DNA of 59,331 nucleotides from Trichoplax sp. H2 (taxonomy: Eukaryota), in assembly GCA_003344405.1 (NCBI GenBank), contig NOWV01000028.1, forward strand, positions 558,001-617,331, given 5' to 3'. The position numbers and the translations under genes are program-made. Every line of letters begins with the position of its first letter. The first letter of the stretch is position 1. Shown in pieces: positions 1 to 12,146 of the stretch. The notes under the pieces were generated by a model. The model was not told the DNA's origin. It worked only from the letters and a program-made list of their open reading frames with translations, and did no database searches.

Positions 1-1074
1 GCATATCGGATGGCTGCAAAGGGAATCCACTCCACAACTAATCTGTTCAAATTCGTTGTACTGAATTGTCGTCACTGTAATTACACTTTGTCCTGGATCT
101 TTTTACTTAAGTATTCACGGAAACTGTTGTGTAGGAGGCGGGCAATTCCTTCAAACTCATATGTGTAATGATGTAAGTACAAACTAAAGCGAGCTTATGT
201 CCAACTGGTATGTAAAAGTCACAATGCGATTACCGACTGTTCGATGGGTTAATTTGATTAATCATGACCATTTAGCAGCTTTCCAATATAAGTAACAATA
301 GTGTGACTAGTAGTATTGGAAGCAAATCCACTAAACTGTTACTTCTTTAGAGGGTTCTGTAGAGATTGAATTGCTAACAAAATTGAACATCCTTTGAGGA
401 ATCACTGTATCCCGATAATTATTTCTGCTACTGTAGAAACAAGATGAGATATGATTTTGCTGAATTCCTTTGATCTATGATTTAAGCTTTAACTTCCTAG
501 ATTTTAAAATATTAAGTTCATAATTATTGTAAGGTTCAGTCTTATTCGCTAGTACATCTTTGATAGAAACTTTTTTCTATATAATATGCTAATACCCATT
601 AAGGCGTTGCAACTAGCTATTTAGGCTATACTTGTACTGCAGTTCTTGATGAAGCTTCATGCATTCGCAATTTTGGGTATTTAGTTTAAACTTGCGTAAA
701 TATCTGCATCGCAACGAAAAACTTATAAGCACCTTTATATTTCAATGTCTTATACAGCATATTATTCTGATACAGAATGGAATACAACGTATTTAACCAT
801 AATTTTGAGAGCAATCTACAAGAGATACGTGATAGTGATTTCCTAATTGAATATAAAATAATACGTGTCCATTGCAAAATACTTATAAATTCTAAAATTT
901 TTTACCACGGTAACTAGCTATTATTATTACCGTAAAGTAGGATCGAAATTAGATTGGCTCACCATATCCAGAAGATAATTTTGTTATCATAAAGATTAAA
1001 GATTATAAATAAAATTAGAGTCATTATATCGTGAACTAGATGATACTATTTACACTACTTCAAATTGCATGCAG

Positions 1075-3186
1075 GACGATCTAAGAGCAGTTCCAATACA
1101 TGGTTTAATTAGTTAATATCGTACTGCAAGGTGAAAATGTTATTTTTAAGGATAATTAAAAGTATATAATATAACGAATATTTGGCATAAATTTCTGAAG
1201 GCTTGCTATCCATAAGCATCAGCAATAAATTATGAGCTAATAATAGTTTAATATTTTCTTCATCTTTTATCACTATTTTTTTTAACATGCATAACTTAAA
1301 ATAAGCAAGTTAGTCATTGATCGTGACATTTCTTTCAGTACTCTAACACTTATTTATTAGCAATACAGTACAGTATAATTTATTTTATGCCTGCAAATTT
1401 AATTAAAATGCTGGCCAAAATGCATAATAAACGCCACTGCACCTTGATTTATATCTTAGGAATACTATTTCTGTCGATCTGATACTAATTAGTATCCACC
1501 ATAAACCTCAGAAAATGTATTTGTGTTGATTATTTCTAACCAGTATACATTTAGGTAATAAAATATTAGAATCGTCGAGAATACTATTTCTAAAATTGTC
1601 ATACGATTTAATCTAATCCAGTACGCTAATGATAATAAATGATTTCCCATCCTTTCATAACTACCTGTTATTAATTATTGCTGGATCGTGAGCGTTGTGC
1701 TTTGGTGGTAGTCATTCTTTAGTAAAGTCAAGGCAATAGTATCTCCAATTTTATCAATATCAGATTGCTTCATTATTTTCCCTAGGTTTTATCGCAAACT
1801 ACAAATTATTTGTGATTCCCGTTAGATTGGTTGATGTTTCTGCAAGATATCACAGCCGGACCAATTTTCTTTACTATAGAGCGTCTCCATCGTCATATGT
1901 ATTACAAGAAGTAAATTCTCTAGTTACGATATAATATTTCAAATTTAATCAAATTTATAACTATTAAATAGTAGCCAGTGTAGGCATTGATTTGATCAAA
2001 TGCCATCAATATGAGCGAATATTCTAGAATTACTATCTAAGGCTGCATTTGTTAATAATAGAATTTAGCAAGCTCATAAATGAGATTTGTATAACTAATA
2101 TATGATATGAGTGTACAATATACCATACGCAGCCTAATTATTGACGGACTTTGCTAGCGATAGATTGAATGCCTTCAATGTAGTTGTAATTGCAAGAAAT
2201 TTTTAAGAATGATTAGTATGTAATGAACTTTTTGGGGGAATAAAGTGTAATATTTGAATAGGATGATGTCATGACACAACTCTCCGTAGAAATAAGTTTA
2301 CTGTGCCATTAGCCGTATTGTGTACAACGTTAAGCATATGTTAGAATGCGTAGAAGCAAAGAAAAGGTGTAGCTCAATGTGATACGTATTAAAATAGTAG
2401 CCAATCTGGCTGCTATAAAAATTGAATATTTATCTTATTAGTATGAGATTCTAACTACAGCATGAAGAGTTTCTTGATTGTAGTTTATTATTTGATGTAG
2501 CTTAAATTAGAACCTGTAACGATTCTATTTGATATCGCTATTATATCCTGTATTACTGAAATACTTCTGGATGAGCTAGCAAAGTAAATATCAATCAATA
2601 ATGACGTTATCCTTTCTAAGTTTATGCATAATGTAATATGGCTCTGATACAATAATTGCCAATCCAAGATCTACAACTTGAATGCTATTGGTATATATGT
2701 ATATAGTGTTACCATACTGATCGACACTGTATCATTCCAGGTCTGGAGTTAAATACGATTTTGTGAATTTATCGTAGAAATAGAAGAGCAATATTGCTTC
2801 TACTAGAGATTTTGTCGCAACGGTAAAGAATTGATCATTAATTAATATTTCAAGAGTAACTATTAGTATGTTTCATATTCAGATGCTCTAGAATATAGTA
2901 TTCTATTATTCCAATACCGTAATATTACTTTTATACAACCATTGCCAGCTGTTTCATTTCACAACAATTTCTATTTCGTTAACAAGAGAACGATCAAAAC
3001 GAAATATTGAAAATGTTAAGCTTTATGAAAATGGCTATGTTTGGAATAAAGTCCAAATGGCTACTGCCTGCTGTTATCGATTTCTGGATACTGTGTTTTA
3101 TATTTGTTGGAGTGGGTTTGATGATAAATGCTGCTGCCGAAAAAATTAATAAACAACTAAAGAAGTATCGTGAACGCAAGCGGTAA
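1075..3186 (+). CDS. 3' part of a multi-exon gene for an unknown protein with a C-terminal transmembrane segment; 5' end probably upstream or outside the window
   Basis: Phase-compatible GT-AG exons 1075-1102 (DDLRAVPIH), 1786-1910 (GFIANYKLFVIPVRLVDVSARYHSRTNFLYYRASPSSYVLQE), 16-nt micro-exon 2807-2822 (RFCRN) and 2987-3186 (ENDQNEILKMLSFMKMAMFGIKSKWLLPAVIDFWILCFIFVGVGLMINAAAEKINKQLKKYRERKR*). Further candidate exons near 135-172, 642-676 and 776-828. No family recognised. Confidence 0.4.
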
Positions 3187-4189
3187 GAACGATAAAAAAG
3201 AATTTTTTATTTTATAAAATGGATTTAAATCAAGCCAAAATGCACTCATATCTTCGATTTTATAGAGCAAGACTTCTGTAATTGTGAATTCAAGATAGAA
3301 TTTTGAAGAGATCTCTTTTTGGGGTGTTTTCTTTGACTGTTATATGACATGGTCGCTAAGTGTTGGCGATCCATAAGAAAAGGCTAATTTATCATGGACG
3401 AGTACATATGTGTTTAACATGAAGGAGTTCCTGACTTAAGTTAGCATTATTCGATTTTGCTTCATTGCTTCTGTTTTTATCATCTACAATCGCCGAATAG
3501 TGTATATTTACTCTCATACTATGTTCAATACTTTAAGATCCTTATTCCTAAGGAAATTTGTAAATCGTTGTACGTTATTATCCGTTAAAGGGTATCATTT
3601 TAATGATTTAGAAATCAAACTGTTCTACTTTCGATACACAGTCCCAAGTACTGTCTACTATCATCCGATAATATAAGAGATATACCTATGCAGACTATAT
3701 ATTAATGGATAGCGTTATCTTGCTCATAGAAGGCATTTTTATTTTTATTTATGATCGCTGAAAGCAATATCAACTAGTTACTAACGAAAGTTGTGATGAT
3801 AATGATTTAATTAATACGATAGATTGCTAAAAGTAATGGTTCTGATTAAGGAATATCATACAGTAGTAGCACCGCTTAATTTCTGTCAGTGTCCTACTTG
3901 ATATCAATTAATACATTAAAGATATACGCTATGAATTAATAAGCGGCTAATACTATTTTACATCTCGTATGTGATTGATGACTACTTTCAGTACATCCAA
4001 TGATGTTGATCACTGTTTCGTACTTACACGTATCTTGTAAGTTGTGTTCAATGAATAATTTATTTACGGTTGTAGCTTTAATGATTACCTTGGTTCAATC
4101 GATCATGAAATAATTTAATTAATACAGCATGCTATTCGACGAATATGTTAGTAATCAATCGATCTTGAATAAAATAGAATAAAAGGATA

Positions 4190-4513
4190 AAATTTTCAAA
4201 CTATATAATGTAATCTTTGAAACAAGGATGCAGAGAAAGTATTAGGCCATGAAATTGGAATGTTATGTCTTGCTACTGATTATGTACCGTATTAATGAGG
4301 CATAGAATTAAAGTTGTGAACATAGGCGTATTAGCGATTTTGCAATGGAAAATCTTCAAAATTTTCAAACTATATCATGTCATTTATGAAACAAGCGTGG
4401 CGAGAAAATATTAGACCATGAAACTGGAATTTTATGTCTTGCTACTGATTATGTACCGTATTAATGAGGCATAGAATTACAGTTGTGAACATAGGCGTAT
4501 TAGCAATTTTGCA
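4190..4513. repeat. Direct tandem duplication, about 165 bp x2
   Basis: The block aaattttcaaactatat...ggccatgaaa(t/c)tggaat...gctactgattatgtaccgtattaatgaggcatagaatt...ggcgtattagc(g/a)attttgcaa occurs at about 4190 and about 4359. Confidence 0.9.
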
Positions 4514-5082
4514 AAGATTGAAAATTTTGAGAATAAAGAAACTTGAATGATTTTGGGCTTAACTGAATGGTATAAACAGGGAAATTGTGTGTTAGTGATA
4601 TATATATACGCGTATATATAATTGTAGAGTAAAGTAAAAAAGTCCAAGGACATAGAGGTATAGCAAGCGAAGGATACCGAGCGAGGAATTTACTAATCGT
4701 AATAACGTGTTGGCATATACTCCATGATGCGCCTTTGCTGCTTGCAAATGGATTAACGGCATTTTGTGAACCTTACTGTAATTCAATAAGGAGGTCATGG
4801 TAATGTGATTATGTAGTCATTGACTAATTTACATAAGGCAAAGCTTGATATTTCAAGTGATTGATAGTCATTAGGTTGGCTTAAATGCTATTGGCGTCTT
4901 TTTTCTTTCAGGTATCATTAGAGTTCATCAATCTGACTCATCCAATGCAGGCGCTGGTATGCGGGTTTAGCTACTTTTGGATTGCAAATCGAAGGGGTTA
5001 CAAAGCCCTTCACGACAATGTTATTTCGGCAAAATGCATAAGTTAAAATCTTAAATTTTTTGGTATCATATTCTACTAAGGA

Positions 5083-5643
5083 TAGAACATAGACAGCTCG
5101 TTAGGCGATGTCTGTCAGGGTATTTTAGAACACCATCCGACCAGCGAAACTGCTGAAAATACTAAAACATAGACAGTTCGTTAAGCGATGTCTGTCTGGG
5201 TATTTTAGAACAATATCCGACCAGCGGAACAGCTTAATTACTAAAACATAGCCAGCTCGTTAGACGATTACTGTCTGGCCATTTTAAAACAACGTCCAAC
5301 CAGCGAAACTGGTGAAAATACTAGAACATAGACAACTCGTTAGGCGATGTCTGTCTGGCCATTTTAGAACAACATCCGACCAACGAAACTGGTGAAAATA
5401 ATAGAACATAAACAGCTCGTTAGGTGATGTCTGTTTGGCTATTTTAGATCTACATCCGACCAGCGAAACTGCAGAAAAGAATTAGAACATAAACAGCTCG
5501 TTAGGCGATGTCTGTTTGGCCATTTTAGATCTACATCCGACCAGCGAAACTGCTGAAAATAATTAGAACATAAATAGCTCGTTAGGCGATGCCTGTCTTG
5601 GCCATTTTCGAACAACATCCGACCAGTGAAATTGATGAAAATT
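5083..5643. repeat. Minisatellite, about 80 bp x7
   Basis: Unit tagaacatagacagctcgttaggcgatgtctgtc...attttagaacaacatccgaccagcgaaactgctgaaaata repeated head-to-tail with point divergence. Confidence 0.95.
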
Positions 5644-6031
5644 TAGCGGAATATACTGTACTGTAGTAAGCGTAGCACACAATCTACACTACTGCATGAA
5701 TATGATTCGTTTGGATTAGTACAGTATAAAAGCGTTTTATAACTTTACTTCTTATTTACTGCGAGATCCGATGGCAATGGAGCCTGTCCAATCTCATTGC
5801 AATCCGAAATGCATAAGCCATTTTTGATCAATCCCACTCCAATCGACAAACGCGAAGGACTCACTCTGTACTCAGTACAGGACACGGGCTATGGTGATTT
5901 AGCACAGCCACTGTGCCACATTAACTGTAAATTAAATTAAATCAATAAATGTATTGTGGGCTTGAACAGGATTGGATCCTGCTAAAATTGAAATCCTCCT
6001 CTTGTCAATATCAAATCTTATATTCTCGATC

Positions 6032-9000
6032 ATGGAGTCCATAGAATACGACGACATATATGGTCGCCGTGTCAGTATCTATCATCCTGTAGTATAGACA
6101 TGTACTATCGATGAATAATAATATACGTCTACTTGTTCCTTTTTTCCTCGTTCATGGCACAGTATTAAGGATTTCACTTCGAGAATATCCCTAGAACGCC
6201 ATGATGCCATGCTTACTCTCTGCTTAGCATGAATAGAATGTACAGACTTCCGGACTTTGTGATTGCAGTGATATAGGCGCTGGCGTGGTATTAAGCCAGT
6301 AAAAACATCGAAAATTGAATTAGTTTGTCATTATTAATTCTAATCATCGATCCAAGACGTCTAAATCATCGACTTTAATCTCCAATTATAATTACACTGG
6401 TGTATTCAAGTTCTTGCATCAAGTGGATTGGTAGAAAGACATTCATCATTATTGCGATCGACTGTGAAATTGCTCAATTGAAGGTTTGTGAAGGAATGAG
6501 CTTACTGCCATTGCCATCACTCAATACTCGACTTGTACTGTAGGTAGAAACGCCAACGTACGACTATGGCAGCTGCAAAACGTCGCCAACAAATGAAATC
6601 TCGCCTATCGACTTATGTTAGCGTTGATTTAACTGATTATGCTGTAGTGGATCATGAAGACTTTAATACTGCTTTATGTTGGACACCTCTAACCAATAAA
6701 AAACACATCAACGAAGCTAAATTACTATCCTATTTTGATCACTTTCAAATCTATGCAACGACGCCTACGGCACTCAAGAAAACTGTCCGTAAAGGTGTTC
6801 CATTAAACCAGAGAGCTCAACTATGGTTTGAATGCAGTGGCGGTAGAACTTTCTTAACCAAACATCCTACGTTATTTGATGAAAATCTAGCAGGTAGCAA
6901 CGGTGAAGCAAGATTTCACCCATCAAACAGTTAAAGTACCTTAGTGTACAGGATACACCTTCAATTGAGATACGATAGACGCACAAGTAGAAAAAACTAC
7001 TTTAGGATAACCATCAGTCAATATGTCTTAGACTACTTGTATACGATATGACTTGTAGCATATGCCGGCATCAATAGTAATGATGAATCCTTTCATTTGT
7101 AGAATTTGTTTTTCCTGATCCTTTACCTGTTACACATTACGAAGCTGAATTAGATGTCTCATTGGATCATTTGACAGAAAGAGGTGTTGCATCGCTAAGA
7201 AGATTATTAATGATGCTCTATCATGAATTTCCACACATTCCCTCATGTCCTTTACTGCCTGCCATTGCATCATATTTTCTCTTATTTATGGAGGATAGAG
7301 AATGTCATGCTTGTATGTCAGCAATTCTACAATCCATCGATGATAACTATTTCGATTGTTCACAGAGGAGTTATGCAGCATCTCTTAGAACATTCCAGGA
7401 TCTAGCCAAAGTATTATTGGTAAGTGTTGAAAGTTTAACCCAATGTCCTAACTGTGATCGTTCCAAGGGTACACAGCCATGATAACTCATTATCCTTGGT
7501 GTAGCTAACATACTGTAATTATGGCGCTTTTTGAGACTTGACTAGACACCGATCGGTTTCTTAAGCCGTTTGTAAGCTCTGCAACTATTTTAAAATCAGT
7601 AGAGTTCATTCATAATACGGATTGTCCTTATAGGAAATTCTATAAAATACTATCTCTCTTAATGTACAATTGGAAAGTGCTAACAAAGTCAGTTCTATTT
7701 TGTAGAAACCTGTTTACCGAGATGTACTCAACACTGTCGCAAAGAGTAAAGGAGAAGACAAATCCATTATTTTCCAGGATTGGATGGTTTGGATATTTAA
7801 ATACTTACCTAAGGATGTTGTGGTTAGTAAATGTAGAGTAAAGTACTCGCACGCGACTGTATATTATGTGGGATTGATTAGTTTTGAGCAATAGCATCCA
7901 TATTTTCTACATAATCCTTGTGTTTAAATAAGTGTGTGTCCGTCCATAATGATAATAAATGCAATTTTCTATTTCTGGCTTAATATTTCAGATTCGAATG
8001 ATAGATTGCTTCATGATTGAAGGCAGAAAAATATTCTACCGTATGGGTCTGGCTATTCTAATTATATTTCATAAGCATTATCTGCGAAATAATAGGGAAG
8101 GTAATTCAATGGTTACAGTAGCCAATTTTACCTTTCCGATTGAATACATTGTGTTATAAATGTTATTATTGATCATGAACTGCAACTGGATCTCTGGTTC
8201 TTTGATAGGCTTGAGAACATTCAATTCTACACAGTTGGAGTCTATTCGACAGTTTGTAAAATTTTTGCCTGTTAGTTCCGATTTATTGCTGAAGGTGAGT
8301 CGAAGGCTATTTATCATCTATCTGATGATTATATGTAAATTATTTATTGTATTTTCCTTCTTATGCTCTATCGAATTGAACCTTCAAGATGCCTTTATAT
8401 TACATTCAATCATTCATTTCATTTGACTATTTTAGACTGGCTTTAATATCAGTGGACTATCTAGGAAGACTATGACAAAGTATTTTGAGCACAATAAGCG
8501 TTTAATTGATCAAGGAAAGTTACTCTATCAATTCGACAAGACTACCAATGCTGTCGTCGTTGGTCCGTTACCTGATCAAAATTCCAATATTGTAGAGCCT
8601 AAGCAGGTTAATAATATGAATTATACGCTCAGTTTATATAGCTTCAAGTTATATTTTTAGATACTATTAATTACCTCATTTTACAACTTTTGCAAATTTA
8701 TTTTATGACTAAATGAGACTTGATATACAATATCTGTATTTTAATGTAAGCTTATTGCACGATATTGTATGTCATAGCTAATGGCTTTTATTTGTCGTTT
8801 AGTGGAGCCAGATATGGAATATGATTCCTGATCGATTCTACATAAAGGTCCCCATTATGCTGTTTACTAGTACAGAACATGGTTGCAGTTTGAAGACATT
8901 CTATCTTAAGGCTGCTGATCACGAACCTATGGTACTATTGATTAAAACGTTGGAAGGAGAGGTATGCCCAGCTGAAACTAAACTTGTACTTTTCCTACTT

Positions 9001-9684
9001 TTTTGTAACTTGATTGGTTTGCTAATGATTGAGTTTATACCGCTATATAACTGTTTCTTTTCTCAGGTTTTCGGAGCTTTTGTCGCGGCTAGTTGGGAGC
9101 GACGTAAGAAACACCCCAATTTGTCCTTTTTTGGGACTGGAGAATCATTTCTCTTCACTCTCACTCCGGAGGTAGAGAGGTATGCTTGGTGTGGTAGAGT
9201 AGCATATGAGATGATGATGAAGAACAGTAGTGATGCTGGTGCCAAGGCGGCCTCAAAATTTTCAAGTATGAATGCTACCGATAAGCGATTAGCCTTTCAG
9301 CGGACTCGGACAGGATCCCTCGAAAATTTTTGCCATTACTTTATGGCTGCTGACGATAGCTGTATTATTATTGGTGGAGGGTAAATGTAACCAGATTTTG
9401 TTCTAATTTTGGAGTTGATTGTACGATACTTTCTGTCAAGTTTACTTCTAAATATGATATCATGATAGCTTAGTCCAATCTTACAGCTAGCACCAATTAA
9501 AACACTTATGCATCCTACATATACACTTATTTTCAGGGATGGATACGGCCTGTGGCTAGATGCTGAGCTAAATAAAGGGTCAAGTGCTCGATGTCAGACT
9601 TTTATGAATCAGCCGTTAACGAATAGCAAAGATGGCACGTTTGTTTGTGCATGCGTTGAACTTTATGGACTGATTGATACTTAG
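6032..9684 (+). CDS. TBC1D24: TBC1D24/skywalker-like protein (TBC Rab-GAP-like domain + TLDc domain), about 10 exons
   Basis: Approximate exons 6032-6088 (tentative), 6548-~6900, 7103-7419, 7707-7823, 7992-8100, 8209-8293, 8436-8606, 8803-8961, 9067-9379, 9537-9684. TBC part: LKKTVRKGVPLNQRAQLW, PHIPSCPLLPAIASYFLLFM, RMIDCFMIEGRKIFYRMGLAIL. TLDc part: LFTSTEHGCSLKTFY, VFGAF, FFGTGESFLFTL, IIIGGGDGYGLWLDAELNKGSSARCQTFMNQPL. Confidence 0.9.
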
Positions 9685-10279
9685 ATTTATCATTTTGAAA
9701 ATGAATCATTTGATAGTGCTGATTGTAAAGCGATAGCAAAGTCTTATAGATAAAAGCACTAATCTATCTTCAGAAATCTCCTAATCTTTTCTATACGTAC
9801 TGTATGTAGAGAGTAGTGAATTTATTGCAAAGTACTATCTGCATACCATAATACATTTGGATGAGTACAAAGATGTTTGATAGTACGGCATTGAAATACT
9901 GTACATTTTTAATTTTAATTTCAGAAATTAAAGTTGATTTCTACCGTAAATCCTCAAAATATTTAGTATAGAAACAGGTGGAATACTATGTTAGAACTTC
10001 ACTAGAAAGATATTGAATGAACTTTACGTTGGGCGATGCGTACCTGATGATTTATTATATATCGCAAATCTTTGCGTATTTCTTCCTGTATGGAGATTTA
10101 ATACTAGCTAATGTATGCAATGGATTGATTGATTGCTTTATTGTATCTGTTTAATACTGTAAGCTTGTAACCTTACTGGACAAATTATAACACATTTGCC
10201 ATCAATTTCAATTTCATATTACCTCACACTTTAGCAGTTTACCTCTGTAAAATTTAAATGAAATAAAATGCGCATGTAG

Positions 10280-10370
10280 TAGGTTATTGTAATAATGTGA
10301 TACTTGCCTAGAAGTACCGATTACAATAGGTATTTCTAGTCAGGTATCACATTCGCCTTGCAATGATTTA
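10280..10370 (+). other. Long imperfect hairpin: 25-bp inner stem, 13-bp basal stem, 10-nt loop
   Basis: 10294-10318 pairs with 10329-10353 (2 G-U, 1 mismatch). 10280-10292 pairs with 10358-10370 (4 G-U). Confidence 0.7.
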
Positions 10371-10704
10371 ATTATTGATGCATGTAGAGCTCAATATCAT
10401 TTCATCAACACGTAAACGTAGTTTATGAACTTAGGAGATTTGAAGTTGAATGCAAATTACGAAATTATAAATTTTTGAAACACTTCTCACAATAAAAATG
10501 CGTTTTTCATAACGTTAATCCTTCAAGCTAAAAAGTGATTTAAAAATCTGAATGTGCTGAAAAAGGAATAAACAACTGGAAGTGTCCCATTCTGCTGATT
10601 TTACTTATAATGAATATAAAAATGAAGTCAGACTCGTCAATTAAAATTGAAGGGAGTAAGTTCTTGAGTAAATGACTTTAGTGAATTTTACTTATCCATA
10701 TCCA

Positions 10705-11030
10705 TTACTAACTACCATCAAGATTGCTTGAATAGAATAAATGCAAGCATGTTGCAATGTGATACTGTCATCGATTTATTCTCAGATATTATCGCTACCT
10801 ACGGTGCAGTCGGTCATGGACTACAAAATAAAATAGTGTTTTTTAAAATGGATCTTTTTAATAGTCCCTTACTAACTACCATCAAGATTGCTTGAATAGA
10901 ATAAATGCAAGCGTGTTGTAATGCGATCCTGTCATCGATTTATTCTCAGATATTACCGCTACCTACGGTGCAGTCAGTCATGGACTACAAAATAAAATGG
11001 TGTTTTTTAAAATAGATCATTTTAATAGTC
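10705..11030. repeat. Direct tandem duplication, about 163 bp x2
   Basis: ttactaactaccatcaagattgcttgaatagaataaatgcaagc...gctacctacggtgcagtc(g/a)gtcatggactacaaaataaaat occurs at about 10705 and about 10869. Confidence 0.9.
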
Positions 11031-11250
11031 ACTTGTATAGTAAAAGTATATTCCAAATTGAGGATCAATCGAATACTTTGATTGAAATTAACTCCTTCTA
11101 TAATCAATAAATGTACTTCAATAATACGAATAATTATTTCACCGCATCTTCCTGGTGCATCTCTTATACTACAAAGCAAGTCATTCAATCGTCAATTAGG
11201 CATCCATTAAAATCGCTTAGCATAGTAATTAGTAATAGCTGTTGTCACTT

Positions 11251-11256
11251 TTTATT
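11251..11256 (-). promoter_or_regulatory. Candidate AATAAA polyadenylation signal of the deiodinase mRNA
   Basis: tttatt on the + strand, about 100 nt 3' of the SECIS on the minus strand. Confidence 0.45.
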
Positions 11257-11360
11257 TATCCTGCATATGAATAGATAGTTTTTCTACCCTACAAAAGTAA
11301 TTACGATCATAATCCATGTGGTGTTACAAATTGACACATATACTGTATATTCGCAGAATA

Positions 11361-11450
11361 CCATCATACAGGTAACCGGTCTGATCAGCCATTAGCAATA
11401 GGCGACTTTAGCCAAATTTGTGCTAACGGTTTCATGCGTTTCTGTAATGG
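11361..11450 (-). promoter_or_regulatory. Eukaryotic SECIS element (type II) in the 3' UTR of the deiodinase gene
   Basis: Minus strand reads ccatTACAGaaacgc-ATGAA-ACCGTTAGCA-cAAA-tttGGCtaaagtcGCCtat-TGCTAATGGC-TGAT-cagaccggttacCTGTAtgatgg. It has the AUGA...GA core (11435-11432 and 11387-11384), a 10-bp helix II with 9/10 paired, an unpaired AAA, an extra mini-helix GGC/GCC and helix I TACAG/CTGTA. Confidence 0.85.
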
Positions 11451-11630
11451 CGGTTGGCTACAATATACGCGTACACATGCAGTAATGTCCATGATGGAAT
11501 TAGTATCGTATTCCTTGACCATAATCAATTAATAATGGCAATGTTACTTCTTCTAGCAATATACTCGTAGGTTCAAATTTGGCGTTATTGGATTCCGATG
11601 ATACTTGATTGCGTTATTACCAATCGAATC

Positions 11631-11890
11631 GATAGGACAAAATTGATTCAATACAGGAAGTCCATGTTATAGTTAGAGTTTGTCCTACTTGCAGTAGTAT
11701 GATAGAACAAAATTAATTCAATACAGGAAGTCCATGTTATAGTTAGAGTTTGTCCTACTTGCAGTAGTATGATAGAACAAAATTAATTCAATACAGGAAG
11801 TCCATGTTATAGTTAGAGTTTGTCGTACTTGCAGTAGTATGATAGAACAAAATTAATTCAATACAGCAAGTCAATATATAGTTAGGATTT
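11631..11890. repeat. Minisatellite, 70 bp x about 3.6, inside the deiodinase 3' UTR
   Basis: aaaattaattcaatacaggaagtccatgttatagttagagtttgtcctacttgcagtagtatgatagaac starts at 11639, 11709, 11779 and 11849. Confidence 0.95.
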
Positions 11891-12146
11891 TGAATTAAGA
11901 AATGTTTGCATAAACACATTACAGTATAAACGTATATGTAGTACTTCTATTTTATACTTGTATAATGTAGAATTCAATATATTTACTCGATCATAGTATA
12001 ATTTTTCCTTCAAACACTTTCTATAGGCGTAGATCACTCCGCCTCTTGGTAGATTGGTTCACGTTAGTTTGTTCAAGTCTAGAAATGCCACCTGCTAGTG
12101 TTGTTCAGTGCTGTAAAAATGGCATCATATGATGGAGATGAAGACG

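Noticed and set aside
5083..5643. CRISPR-like array (also the arrays at 20435-21325 and 29630-30285)
   Set aside because: Units are repeated over their whole length with no unique spacers, there are no cas genes and the context is eukaryotic.
12084..12130. ATGA-containing hairpin (ATGCCA...TGGCAT) just after the deiodinase stop, as a SECIS
   Set aside because: It lacks the 3' GA of the non-Watson-Crick quartet and a correctly placed AA; the element at 11361-11450 fits far better.
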